A stretch of DNA of 64,000 nt from Tubiluchus corallicola (taxonomy: Eukaryota; Animalia; Priapulida). Below, one piece after another: positions 25,801 to 40,800 of the stretch. The position numbers and the translations under genes are program-made. The notes below the pieces were generated by a model. It was not told where the DNA came from. It did no database searches and saw only the letters and a list, made by a program, of their open reading frames with translations. Position 1 is the first letter of the stretch. Each line of letters begins with the position of its first letter. The DNA is taken from contig JAQGDQ010000052.1 of assembly GCA_030141605.1 (NCBI GenBank), forward strand, positions 496,001 to 560,000, given 5' to 3'.

Positions 25801-28800
25801 ATTCCTTCCCGACATGTTAAACACACTTGCTAACCTAATGCACACTAACACATTAAAAAGTCTAACTAAAATAACCACACTTTTTACCTGAAGTTTAATA
25901 CGATGCTGCTGTCTCAGTTCACATACTCTGTCATAAAATATCTTTGCAATATAAGTATAAGCTGGGGGAATTGAACCCAAAATTCCACTAGCTCCATAAA
26001 ATCCCATCACCTTAACAAAAATTTCCATTAGCAGAAAACATGTAGTTGAAACACTAAGCAGCAGCTAGGTCTTTTAATGTCCCATAATTATGTTATTTTT
26101 TGCAATATTAACATTTTGAAAACTAGAATAAGACGTTAAGCTCAACATAAATGCAAACTCTGAAAATAAATATAATAAAAACTTTTGACTGTGATAGTAA
26201 TACCTGTGGTGATGCCATTAATAATCTGAAATCAGCTGCAGAATCCCGGATGATGGTTTCACAATATTCTTCCGTCAAGTTAAAATAACCAGATGCTAAC
26301 TTTATGACAGCATCTTGGGGTGCCTTTCTGAGAACTGAATCTGTAATTTCGTAATCACAAGTCACCCCTAGCTGACCCATCTGCACCAAAGGATAAATCA
26401 ATGTGTCACCTTCACTGTTTGAAGCCGAGTCTGCTAACGTGTTATTGATAATAACTTGCTTAGAAGTTTTTTGCTGTTCGTGACTAGATTCGTTTTGTCT
26501 GGTATCACCAGCTTGACTACTATGTCCACTACCGCTGTTAGCAATAGGCATAGAAGTTGAAGTTTGATTATGATTAATACACACCATCTTTGCATGTGGA
26601 TAATAAACACTGTCAATAATCTGTTTTGCACGTTTTTGAAACTCATTGTAATCACCTGTAAAAAATAAAGACAATCAACATCTATGGTTGGAAGAGTCTG
26701 CAGATAATAGCTGATTCAAAAGTCACCAATTTCGGTGTAATTTTTGTCTTAAGTTATCCAACTGACACAAATGTGGATACTTGGAAATAAAATGCAAAAT
26801 TGCAGTTGTCCATTTCTCTATCTTCCAACTCCCTTAGTCATGTTTACTAATCCATTACACATATTGTAGCGCGCTCTGACAATTTTGCATGCATTAAAAA
26901 AAATTTATTTTATTTTTTAAATAGATTATAGCACTCAAAACAGACTTATTTAATGTAGGTGGCTATGGCTGACTACCTAAGCATTATCACAGAAAAACGG
27001 CTAAGATGAGATGCTGAAACAGTAGAAGTATCTTAGCCACATTTAGATGTATGTGTATCAGGCAAAGTGTAAAATTCATCCTAAAAAAACAAATCAGCGG
27101 GCCCTTAGTTTTTAAAGGAGGAAGTTTTGTACTGCAGTTTTTAAAATCAGTTATAAAACTGTTACAACTTGCTTTTAAACTTTTTTCTTAGTAATTTCAT
27201 GCTGGCAAAAGTATCTGGCAAACGTAATAATGCATTAATACCCTTATTGGCTTTTCCTCACAAAAAAAGCCTCATGAGCCCATTGAAAGTGCAGGGCTTC
27301 TGAACATGTAAGTGACAAAAAAATAACAGCTTTAAATTAGTCATCTAAATGACTTTAATGTTGGGGTGAAAAAGCAGCCGCTTCGGTATTATCTATGGTG
27401 TATGAAATTATGGTTGTCCAACAAAAAACTAATCACATAGTACCTGCAGGGCCTATTTCAGCCTAAGCGAGGCATGGGGAAGTGGGGCATGTGAGGCACC
27501 CTCGGCGAGGGGGGCGGGCGCCACCATGGTTGGCGCCCAGAAAATTTTTGAACTGCTAGAACGCTGGAGAAGCATTTTCGAAGAGAAAATAGCGAGGAGG
27601 CAGTATGTTCGCATAAAGCAAAAACATTTTACCTAGGCACGAGGCCCCCCCTGGAGGGTGAGGCCCGGGGAAGTATCCCCACTTCCCCCTGAAATAGGCC
27701 CTGAGTACCTGTACAAGAAAAACATGTTTCTAGAATGTGAATCGCTTGACATACTTTTCAATCCACATGTACAACCCCCTAATTAGTTTAAATTGCAACT
27801 ACTATATTATTTACTTGTTGCCACTTACCACTCACTTATATTTTTATTTTCTACAAAAGATTTTTTAGGATTCCAATGACATACTACCTTACTAGAACTC
27901 CTTGTTTAACACAAAACATTGATGAAATCATTTTAAGCATTCTGTACGATGTCTTGGTATTGTATAAAAAATCTAGGAAAAGTTACAACTGATCCCATTT
28001 TTTCGAAACTTACAATGAATTCAAATGCACGGCAATGAAAACTAATCTACATAAATGTTGACCCAGTTAAATTTTCAGCACAATTATAATTGCTAAATCA
28101 TTTTTTTAGCTTTTGCAGTTTGTTTATAAATTTCATTTGCTATAAATTAATAGCATACTTAGCTCAGCTAGTAGATATATACTGAATTTCATAAAACTCA
28201 GTTAATCTTACCTCATTGATTCACAATGACTTTGATCATAGGTGTGCTCTGATAAAATGGTTACATTCTAAACCCCATCTTAAAAAATCAATGAAACCTG
28301 CCATTTAATGTCAAAATATGGTTGTGAAGTATAAAATCTGTTTATTTTTGGTTTTGCACTCCCAACTATGCATGTTTCATCACTGAATTGCAATACAGTA
28401 CAGCAGTTTTTTTATAGTATCACCAATTAAAAAGCTAAATATCATAACAGAAAGCTCCAAAGACTCCAATGCCTAGGGAAATTGTTAATTTTTCAGCATC
28501 ATTTTTAAGCTACTAAATATTGAAATTTTATAAGTAGTTGGCTCACTACGCCACATTACTGACCCACTGCTACTCTTTGTCAACTCACCTTCACTCTCTC
28601 CCTGGTAAACCCCCTCCCTCAAGGTGGTTCAATTAAGAATGTCAAAGAAAATCACTTTTACAGAGAGATCATCCTATGCCAGTCTTTTTTTTTGTGGTAT
28701 TTATATAGATCTTAGTTATTATCCAGATATTCCAGATTTTCCATATACAGCAGTCGCCGCTTAATAGGCTTACGTTGGGACCGACGTGTTTTGACCCAAT

Positions 28801-31800
28801 TAACCGAATGAACTTATTAACCGATGGGTGTAGTATTACTGGTATAGAAGTATGAGTCAGCAGCTTAGTATGAATTGCAAAGGTTTTTAATGAATTTTAG
28901 AAACGAAATAATGTCTAAAAAATATTTTAAAATATTAATTTACATGTGAATTAGCAATAAATTAAAAAGTATACTTTTCTAAGTCTGTTTAGTTTCAAAA
29001 ATTACAAAAATTCCTTCAAAGTCAGCTGCCTCATTTTCTTGTGAAGAAGTTGGCCAACAAAGTTCTGGTAATTATAAAAACATTGAAAATCTGTTGTTGT
29101 GCTTGACTAAAACAGTTCTGAATCATCTGCTCACTTACATTGCTCTCATTTGCTCTACGAAGTTACTCTTGTAAGTCAGAAGGAATACCGTCTGATTTAC
29201 TGTAGCTGCATGTTAACTCATTAAGCCTGAAAGTGTGATTTGCAATGAAAGCATCAAAAGGAAACCGCTAGGCAAGTGATTAAATGTTTAGCTTCCAGAA
29301 ATTCTTTGGGTAACAGTGGGCAAGCGGGTAACAGATTCAAAGCAAAACTGCTACGCTAACGTATTAGTGCATGATAAACGTACCTGCTTATAAACAAAAT
29401 GGTACTTAACATGATTGTTTCTGCATACATAGTGCACAAAAGGGAAATAAAAATGAAGCATTTCTCAAAGTCACTAAACCACTTACTGACTAAGCTCAGT
29501 ATCATTTAATTTTGGTCATTAAGCACACACTGTTAGTTCTCAGTAACTACCTTCAAACTCATTCACTTGCATAATAAATGAGTGCCTGCTAATATAAGGA
29601 TGATCTTAGTTAATGGAATTATTAATAATTAATGCTACTAACAAAAATAAATCATAGTTATATGCTATACCTTATAAATCCTTATACCTTGGGTGCAATT
29701 GCATCCCACAGCCATCAATAAAGTTCTTTCAATAATAATCAGTAAACATAACTGCCACACATTTTAAGCATTATTTAGATAAATATATAACCAGTGAGTC
29801 CTCAGAAGTGTTATACCAATAAAACCAACAAAAATGATTGAGAAAAACTAATTAACTCGGTTATTTTATTATGCAACTCTAATTACGGATCTATATCAAT
29901 GTTGGGGAAATTAAAAACCAGTTCTATAATAATTATTAAAAAAATTGGCTAACATCAATAGTAAAAAGTTTCCAACTATCTCAACCACAAAACGTGAGCT
30001 GCTACTTGACTGAGTTAGCAAACTAGCAAGGTTGGCCATTGAAGAAATGGTATGCTCACGGGTGTTGACTGATATAATGACTGAGTGAAAGGTGGGCTGA
30101 TAAAGTTACATTGAGCATTGCTTCATTTATTTGCCTTTCATTAAATGTGTTAGCTGAGACACCTACTAGCAAAAAATGCATGAGCATTACAGCTCTACCT
30201 CACATATGTAAGAAAACTAATTATCAAAAAAATAAATAAATAATATAAAATAAAATAAAGCAAATAATAATATAATCTGTGGCAAATGATATATTTTTTC
30301 TTTTGTGTTCCTTTTTCTAACTTCTCTCCCTTACTTAAGTAATCTAATACACTACGTGGAATACGAAGCAAAATTTGTGCAATAAGAAGTTGGCTTTCTG
30401 TATAATTCTTCCTGTAATTCTTTTCACAAACAAACCACACAAATGCTTTTATGTAGTAATAATCAAGCCAAAATTTCAAAAAGACAGAAAATAACTGAAT
30501 TAATTAATGTCAGCAATTTGTGGTGTAGGTATTATATGGTTCTTATTGCAATAACAAGAAAAGCCCAATTACAACAAGATAATAAACCAGAAATCAGAAA
30601 TCAACAACACCTTCTACAGGATCGATATCCCAGTTCTTAGAGAGTTTCACGGTATTGTCCGTTTGTAGATGATATGAGAATTTTGACACAGCTTCTACTA
30701 GCGACTCAAAGCAGTCAGCGATCTCTTGACAGTTTTCTAATAACATATACCTATCCTGTCGGTTAGTAAAGTAATCATTGCTAAGATTTGCCCTATTAAA
30801 GAAAAAACATAGTCATACAGCTAAAAAATAACCAAAAACACGGTGTTAATTAATGAAATAGTGAATGTGCTGCTGCACATATAGGTAGAAAGTTGATGAA
30901 AGTGTGCAAGTTCAGGTATGATCAATTAATGACTTATTACCAACAACAGTCATAATATAAGTGCAGGTTTGCAATGAATTGGCATGTTTCTGTCCAGCAA
31001 CTCTTACTGAATTACATCTAACAGCCCTCAATCTTATTGTTACCATATTTGCTTGCCTCACTAATTTCATATAATAATATTAAATATTAAAACAAAAATA
31101 AAGTAAATTTGAAAAGGAACTTCAATACCTTTTAACAGATTCTCAACAATCTTTTATGGATAAATCAGAAATGTCTTTTATAAACTATCTTAGAACGTTA
31201 AAAGCCAGCAAAATATCAGAATATATATTAAGAGTTGAACCAAGCTTGAAAAATGAAAAGCAAACGATACTAGCTAACTTATCAGCCTCCTTAATTTTCC
31301 AACAACTAAATCTTTTTTTATTTAAACAACAATCCAAGATCTAAAAAATACTGACCCGCTCATGATAATGCTGTTATCAAATAGGTAAATTTTCATGTGT
31401 TGTAGACCAACAGTCTCACTAAATTTACCCCTGCAAAAAACAGCTTGAAACAGCAACAAGAAAGATGATGCACTCCATAGAAGGTAAAACCTTTTTGATA
31501 GATAATTTTTTTACTCACTACAGTTTACAAATATAATTTCTTATCATTAATAACAAAATTGTTAAAAATTTAAATTCCAGTTAATTGAAGGTTTTCAGAT
31601 TGCATATAGCTTCCAAAACTTTAATATTTTATGTGTAAGATGTAAAATCAATATGAATGAAACCAGTTGGTTGAAAGTAAAAGTTGTGATTTGTTAGATT
31701 CGTTCTAATTCTTCCAAAAAAGCATTTTTAGATTCCAAGTGATTCTAGCATTTTTAGATTCCTAGTGGTTTTAGCATTGCAAAAGAAAGAAATCAAATTT

Positions 31801-34800
31801 AAACAATCATATACTTGGAAGCTGATGACAAGTCTCTTACATACAAAGTTGTCATTGTTGTGCATTACACATGATGGAAAGTGAACATTTTGCTTACCTC
31901 AACAACCACCTGTAAAATCCACGAAGATTAGGAGTGTGGTAGAGAGCAACCCGTACACTGTCTGTAAAGTCCCGCAATAGAGGTAAAAGCATTGTGCGAG
32001 AATTGTGCTCTCCACGTGATCCACGTGTGTAGTCAAGAAGCACACGCACTTGAAGTGGAGACTGTGCAGAAGACAATTTAGACTTGCCTGATGCTTCATA
32101 AAGACAATCAACCTGAAGAAAGGACATTGTGAAAGAAGTATACAAAAATAAAGACAAAGAAAAATCTATCCTCCAAAATTATTTTACTTTTCTTAAAAAT
32201 ATGTAGCATGTTCATGTATTACAGAAAGATTGCTGTGTGTAAGGTTGCTTGGCGATAGGATTCATCTTTTCATGTGTCACATTTCACAACTTAAGGCTTA
32301 TCAGACTTCACATGTCATTTTCCATAATTTTTTTAAGTACAAGAGATTAGCTGCTTCTTTTTTCCAGTTAGATTCCTCCAGATGATGAGACTATAGGACA
32401 TGTTTGTACTAAGTGACAATGATAATGATGAAGATAGAGCATTATATGTACATAGAAATAGACATACATACATAGTATGTCTCCACTTGTAGGCTAACAT
32501 ATTCTTGATAAATTATAATCTGTATAAACAATCATGCAAAAACGTCACGGTTAATTATAGTTTTGACTCTATAGATTCCACGGCTGAAATATCTTAGAAG
32601 CTCCATATTATTTTAAAATTACTAATATTAATATCATTAAATAGATTCTCTATTAATTTACAATTGGTTTTATGAAAATTAGCATAGGTGCATTAGTTTG
32701 ACTGATAGAAGGAAAATCAACTTATAGTCATTACAGTAGCAGTGTGAAGCCTAAGTTACTACATAGACAGTCTGAGACCTACCTTTGTTTGGTACAGGCA
32801 GTTTTTCATTTGATTTTGCTGATTTTTACTTTTGTCATCTTATTTATTTTCATTTACCTCATTTATTTTTGTCCAAATAAATTTTGTACACTAAACTTTT
32901 CTTATATTCATCCATTTCTTTTCATTTCACGTCATGTTTTGAGAGCGTCCCATTAATCAAAAATGCAAAACGTAAAACCAACAGTCGAGAAACAACAGAA
33001 ATTGCCATATTCTATTTTCGCTCATGTGACATGCGAAACATGGAAATGTGACTCTTATGGCCAAACAGCCTAATATACCGAAGCATGTTATTTGTGCCCA
33101 CTACACGTGTTAATGATTTGTTCATGTTTTATGTTATTGTACACTGTATTGTAACACAAGTCTACCAAATTTAACGCACTCAAATTTCGCATTACAATTT
33201 ACAAATTTAACACGCATGGTCATCTCACAATACACCCTGTCAGAAACATCTTTCCGATTGGACAATTATTGTATATTATTCTACTTAAAGCTAGTTAAGA
33301 AATATTCCACATACAATAGGAACGTAAACTTCCGTAGCTTAATTGTAATAAATAACTTTATAGCTAAGTGAATCACTACTGTCATCGCCTTATTAACTAT
33401 GTAATTATCTAAATGCATATGGTAGTATAAGAGTGTAGGCAGGAAGTAGATCCTTGGGAAAAACTTGTCTTGCATGTAAAATGGTTGGAACAGGTTTTTC
33501 CCCTATGTTATAGCAATTTATAACATGTTCATAACTAATTTGTAGCCAATGTATAGGCAATTTAGAGAGTACTTATATAGTACGAAACTGTGCACAGAGA
33601 AATTAGTACTAACATTTATGACTTTTAACTCAATATGACATCTAATACATTTATTATTGTATTGCAACATATCGTCTAACATTGTGCAATTGTTGTAAAT
33701 AAGAAATTGTATCATGATGTTTCAGTCATTCGTTCTTTGTTTTTATTTATCTCTAGCTATGAACTAGAGCGAACATCGACTAAATACTAATAAATTGATT
33801 TTTGAGAACTTCCTTTAGATACCAAAAACCTTCAGTTGATTAAAATTCTCACACTTTAAGAGCAAACAAAAAATAACTAGAACTTTACAAGTTTGTGACA
33901 TGGTGCCAAAATGCACTGCGCTGATTTTCAAGTTTGCTAGTTAGACTTTTCGTTAGTTTTTGACATTTTTTCGTTTAAAAGTTGAATGTTTGCCATAACT
34001 ACCATGTTTTATCTTGAGAATGATTTTAGTTATTCTAGAAATTTTTTTGTAAAAAAAAGTTCTGCCATAAGTCACTAAGAGACGACACTCACAAGCTTTA
34101 AGGTGAGTTAAAGATTTCATTTTTTGTAAGCTTGAAGCTTAAAATTTAAGCCACACTTATAGAGTGTGTTTGATTCACACTTCTAAGCTAAGGTTTTGGA
34201 AAATTCTTTAAATATTTTGAAGTTTGCATTCATTTTGCTAGTAGTATACTGCAAATTTTCTATAAAATTTGACAAAGCGAAGATCGACAAAATACTAACA
34301 ATATGCTTTTCGTGAATTTCCTTTAGATACAAAAAAAAACTTCATTTGATGCCTTAAAAACTCTCACACTTTCAGAACCACAATATAGAGAAAGTTCTAA
34401 GAAGTAACAAATTAATTCTGCAAGAAAACTAAACATTATTAAATAATTATAAATATTTTACCAACTCTTGTTCCAGTTCTCCATTGCCTAGATAAAGAGA
34501 AGCTAGGACTATCCTAGTTTTAGCACACCGAGCTCGACTCTGCACAAAAAAAGATTTGTAAATTTTCTAACTTGATGGTTAAAAGTGACCAGCTTTCCAT
34601 ACACACAATATAAATACACAAGTAGTCAAAAAAGTGTCTTTTAAAAATAAATAACAACTTTTAAGTTTACAAGCACAGTGCACTGAGCTATGGCATATAG
34701 TGCCAGAGTTGCACTGAACCAAGTCCAGCAGATCCAGGTTTATAACCTGGGTACTGGTGTTTCTCCAGTTCACTATGCAAAATAAAAATTGTGTTAAATT

Positions 34801-37800
34801 AAAAATTTTTTTAAGTGGTCTGATTTCAACAAGCAATGAAGCTATGTTTCTAAAATTACCTAATCTATAATAAATTCTAAATTTTAATTAAATGCTTTGA
34901 TGAGACACAGAAAGAAGTTAGTCATATACTTCTTTAAAAATATGAATAGAACTAATACAAAAATATTTAGAAAATATGTTTTTCTTTCTCAACATAAGCA
35001 TACCTTTATGTAACTAAAATTATATTAGCAAATGATTCATACCAAAAATATATATTGTAGCTTTACAATTACAATGTCAACACTGCTGTTATAACGTAGA
35101 AAGCTAATGTTAACGTAGTTGTGTCATATTAAGTGATCGTGAGTATTGTCAGTGAAACCACCTCTCTAAATTTAAATGCACAAAAATTAATTATAGAAAC
35201 AAAATGCCATACCATCACAAATCAAACACAAAATGCCTACAACAAATTTAGCAACACAACCAGTCACTTTAACAAAAAAAAAAGAAATATAGTACACGTT
35301 TCCTTGACCACTAAAAGACAACAAAATAAGAAACAAGATGCCTTGAAGTAATTTGAAAGAAAATCATTATCCAGTGAGATCAAACAGCACAGCCAACACT
35401 ATTCAGCAAAACCGGGAAAAATTCCTACCAAATTTATTACATAGCACAATTAAGTCATGAAAAAGGTAAAAAATAAATAGGCCAAATTAACTGCTATGAG
35501 AAATGACTCAGATTCTGAATTAAATGAAATCACAAGAGAAAGTTAAAACTGTTTGCCTAAGCAATAAGGCAATGTTTAGCGAAGTTTCGTAGTCAGGCTT
35601 AGGACAGTAATGTTGCAAATGTGTGTTGTTTTTTATTGTTTTTATTTTATATAAGATTTCCCTCATACATGGAAAACAGGACGATTTTTCATATCCTACC
35701 CCATTTTGAAGTACAGTAAAAAGTACACATTTTAACACCAACAATACTGCAAAAACGTTTCTGATATAAAACAATAGATTAAGATTTTAATTGACGACGG
35801 GCAAGCCCAACTATTTATGACATCACAAACAAACATAATTTTCAACAGGACAAACATTCCTTAAGTGCGTTGCACGCGTTGGTAAAAACGGAAATTGAAG
35901 TACAGTGATACTCTAAGAAATACAATGTGCTATAAAAAACTCTGCAAATTTTAAATTTAAAATTCAAATTTCTAGTTTAGCAATGTTCTCATGCAAGATC
36001 TCAAACGTGTGTACTACGTCATAAACGAACACCTCTGAACTGAGAAGTACACCACCTGTTTTTGGTACAATGCATGCACTGGTACCATCTATCTAACGAA
36101 TGGTGAAATGCGTGTAACAACAAAGAACTAGCCAAGCGAATGCGAATTTGTGTTTGTGTAATAATAATTCTTTCACGCCAGCCATTACAGAAAAATAGTA
36201 TTTTCCTTTCAATATTTCAAAGAGTATATTATTTTGACATACAGTTTAAGACTGGGTCCGGTTTTCCTTTAACTTACCACTTTGACAAACTAATTCAAAG
36301 TGGCAAAGTGGCACTTTGACAAACTAACTCAAGTAGCAAAGTATAGCCAGTGACAACTATAGCACTCAAGTATTCAAACATTGCAGCAGTTATAATCATG
36401 TTCGTGAAAATTCATTATCAGCTTCTTTTAAATGTTTGAATCTATATAATTTTAAAACAAGTAACACATTTGTGGGCTCCTAAAACAGTATAATTTATGC
36501 AGGCAAATCTTTTTGAATATGTTTTGAATTATGCCAAATAGTAAATAAAGATTAGGCTTACCTTTAGTGTTTCAAAAAATTGTACAGGTTCTCTCAGGAC
36601 TTTTATTTGACTAGCATGAACCCTGAACACAGGAGCTTTATCTCCAATGTATGAAAACATGACCAGTCCCTTCCCAGATGACGCAGTATGAAACCAGGAA
36701 TGATAGTTTCGTTTATCTTCTCCAAACGTTTCCAAAAAGGGGATGATCAGTTCTAGCTGTGCTTGCAACAAACCTGTGCTATACAAAACTTACTTTTAAA
36801 TTTATAATTATGAACAAATCAAAACAATGCAAGTCCCAGTCAAACAGCAGTCTTGAAATTTTGCATTATGTTTAAGTATGTTTAAACCTGCTCAATAAAG
36901 TGAAACATGATGTGGAAGGCAGTAATGCTGCATCCTTTACAGCTGTCATACAAAACTGTAATCATAGGCACACCTAAAGCTTTGAAAAAGCAGCTTGTGA
37001 ACATTGGACTAGACCTCAGATCATGCACAGATCTTAGTACTATACTAGAGATAAAACTTAATGTCACTGCTCTGATCAAGGTTAAACATCAGAACAATTT
37101 CAACAAAATTATCAGTTTACTATTAGAAAAATGTTATTGTTGCATGAGCTATATGTTCAACTTTACTCATTTTGTGCTTTTTGACTATTTTAGCAAGTTG
37201 CATGTAAATGTGTTGAACAAAGACTTGTTGGACAAAACAGTGAATCCCGTAAGCAACTGTATAAATACTAGCAAAAATACTGTCGTTTATTCTATTAATA
37301 AACAGAAATGCAAGGCGTTACTTTACATCAACATCTGCACAAATGAATTATAAAGGGCATAATCTTTTAACACTGCACTGTGATGTCTTTGCTTCTTTCT
37401 TTCTTTATGCCCTGGCAACATTTTGCTTAATATCTCCAAAGTATGCAAACAAAGGGCATGAAACATACAGGGCACTTACCCAGGTGGGGAAATAATGGCG
37501 ACCTTTGATCTCCAGGTCAATAGTCAATGACACTATGCACTGGTAAATTTTTCGATTAGTTCCCAACTTCCAGGATTTTGAGTTGGGCTTAAAAAAATTT
37601 CACAGGTATTTTGGTGTTGTAATGACAAATACGCATTGGATGTTTAAAAAGCTAAGACTTCTTAATGGTTCAAGACTGAAGTCAGAATGTGAAAATCATG
37701 GCAAACGGTTTTAGTTCACAACTTTTCTTACTCGTAGGGCTTTGAGCCGAGTTAAAATTATTTTTCACAGGTATTTTGGTATCATGCGGTAGATGTGCAG

Positions 37801-40800
37801 AGTGCAGCTGGGGTTTCAAAAAGACGGGATTCTAGGTTTCTTTAAAGGCTGGAAATAGGAGCAAAATTGTAAAATCTTGTGACATCCATGGAAGAAAATA
37901 TCAATACAGGGTTATGCCAATAACTGAATAACATAGCATTTTGAACACCAGCACTTTAACAAACATTAATCATATAATGCATTATACTATGTATTAAAAT
38001 AATTTTGATGCCAAGTACCCCTCCCCTGCTAGAGTATGCAACATTATTTTTCATAAATTTTGTTGCTCAGCTTTTTCAATCTGACACATCTCCAAGCATA
38101 TGCATGATTTCTCACCATAATATTGCTCACAACTAAAAAGAACAAAAGTCGCACATATCGTCCACAATGGGGATGCAAACTAATGAGACCACAGAGTAGA
38201 TTGATAAATAGACTCGATTTTATTGGATGCAGGGCTGCTCTTTGTTGTGTAATGGTATCATTATTAACACCAGAAAATTACCTATTTTTAGTTATGATAA
38301 TTTCTTAAAGTATTCCAAGTAAAAGGTTATTTAAACGACATCTCCTTCATTGTCGTGGATATATAGAACGAGAAGGCATCTGTATCGTGATACGAAATAA
38401 TCCACAAAAAACGGTAGCGATATTTTCTGTAGTCCTGCAATTCCAACTATTTACAGGCATTATTAAATTATGAGACCTATACATAAATTTAACAAATGTT
38501 GCAATTCATTTTAGTTCTAAGAAAAATTAATTTATTAAAGTAATAATCACACTGCCAATGAAAAACCACAAATTACTTAAAAGACTCACAATATTTTCAA
38601 TTATAAATGCAAAAATTCTTTATGGCGACCAATATGGAAGATTCAGCAGTGGCTTAGCAAAAACTAACTTTTTTGTAATGCCTGCACCTTTAAAAGGCAT
38701 TATTAACCTTACACGAAAAAGATTACCAAAGGTCAACTTTTCCTTGCTGTAAAGGCATCTGCATGTCATAACCCAGTGCCATAATATTGCCACACCATTT
38801 TAGGGTATTTTTGGTAGCCCAATTTTAGTTGAACTTTGCTCTACTAATCATAAATAATTAGTATTTTGATGTTTCATTTCCTGTACAAAAGGAGACAAAT
38901 AAAAAATTTTTGAAATGCTGATCTAGATATAGACTCACTCGGATATAGATTTCCATTTTTACCTAAACCCAATTTTAAATTTGAACACTTTTAACCTAAA
39001 ACATTTCAGAACGAGCAACCAGTAAAGCCATATTGCATTTACCAAACAAGCTGTATATCTCCGGAATGTTCTTCCTTTGGAAATCAAGCAAGCTGATTCA
39101 TTTACATATTCAAAAAATTACATATCGAAATATACTAAGCACAGATTCAAATATCCGATGTACCAAAATGATAATGTTCAGTCAGATTCATTTTTCATGT
39201 TCTTTCACCCACAATAGTACTACACATCAAAATTGTCAGTTAATGAAATTAATTATCACAGAATTTGATTCAGTCATCTATGTGTAATTTTATTGTGCCA
39301 TAGTAAATTTTACTGTTAATTTGATTAGTTGGTGCAAAAGCTATTTACTTTTCAATTTAAATTTATGTGAGTTAACATAAACCACAGTTTTACAACAGAT
39401 TTAGCAAATGATGGTACATAAAATAGATATTGTCGATAATGTGTGCATTTGTCAACTTATTAACATAAACAACAACATTAGATTATGTATGTTTTAGCAG
39501 GGTTCCCACAAATTTTAAAATAAATTTCCCTGACTTTTCTATGAGTTTTCCCTGACCAATTATTGATTTTCCATGACCAAGATAAGCAGAAATTACATTA
39601 CCAGTATACATATTCAACATTTTTGGGTATTGAAATTCATACATATACTGATATATAATGTGTTGGCACAGTTGAGTAGTGCTAACGAAATTTCACTAAT
39701 CACATTAAATAAACTTTGATAATTCAATCATTATTTTTGCGAACAGAAATCGAAACTGGGAGTTTGACATAGCAAAATTTCATTTGAACATGAATAGCTG
39801 AAAATATGTTTGGAAAAAATATCGGCTCACAGTGATTATTTTTGCAACCCTTTCCAATTTCCCTGACTTTTTACCAAATTATCTTTTTTCCTGACTTTCC
39901 AGGATAGCCTGTATTTTCAAAGATTTTCCCTGACCGTGCAAACCCTGGTTTAAGGGAGACCAAAGAAGCCACAGCTTATAGGGGCCACCCAGAGAGCAAT
40001 ATGATGATGTTCAAGAAGGTAATTATGGCAGTTTATGACTAAAATTTTGTAAATATTTAAAGCGTATGGTTAGCACGTTAGTAACATAAATGGAGAGATT
40101 AGTGTAATGGTTATTTTTCCTGTTCTGAGGATCATAGCACACATATGAAAATTTCTAATTGCAATAGCATATTTTATACTAACAGCAGTTGATGATAATT
40201 TGTGATTGACAGGTACCCTGAAATAGACTTGTGCGGAGTGATAAATCAAGTGTTTTCGTTTAGAGTTGGCTAAAATTTACAATTCCCACAAACAAAAATT
40301 AGTACGTGAAACAGATTAGGGTTGGTGTTAGGGTTAGGGTTGAGATTAGGATTACGGTTGGGGTTAGATTAGGGTTTGGTCTAGGGTATTATTTATATTG
40401 ACTGGGTAATTGTAAACTCCTTTCCTACTGTTTACTAACTGGGCATCCTACACATAACATCAAAAGTTAGGTATGAAAAATTTATTATTGATAATAAAAC
40501 TGATCATTATTGACGCAAAGGCTACATCAAATGGGATCAAATACTGATACGTGAAAAAAGAATTTATTTCTCTACTGATGTTTAAAAAGTTAAGACTGGC
40601 CACATTGAAGTACAAGCGAAACAGGTACGAGGTGGTACAGATAATAGAACACTGCATGGGATAGACAGACTGCATTTGGACAGATCATATGAACATACAG
40701 GACACACAAAGAACAAACAGAGGACACCCATTTAAACGGCCCAAAATAAGATTGCATGGAAGATGGAACGAAAGAAAATATCTATTCTCCCCTAAAATAA

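Noticed and set aside
26410-26575. S/Q/N-rich stretch in PGS1 exon 7 as a novel domain
   Set aside because: It falls in the variable linker between the two PLD halves; it is low complexity and expected to vary in length.
40315-40387. Interstitial telomere or chromosome-fusion scar
   Set aside because: It is short, degenerate and one-directional; such ggttagg tracts are common inside non-autonomous repeats.
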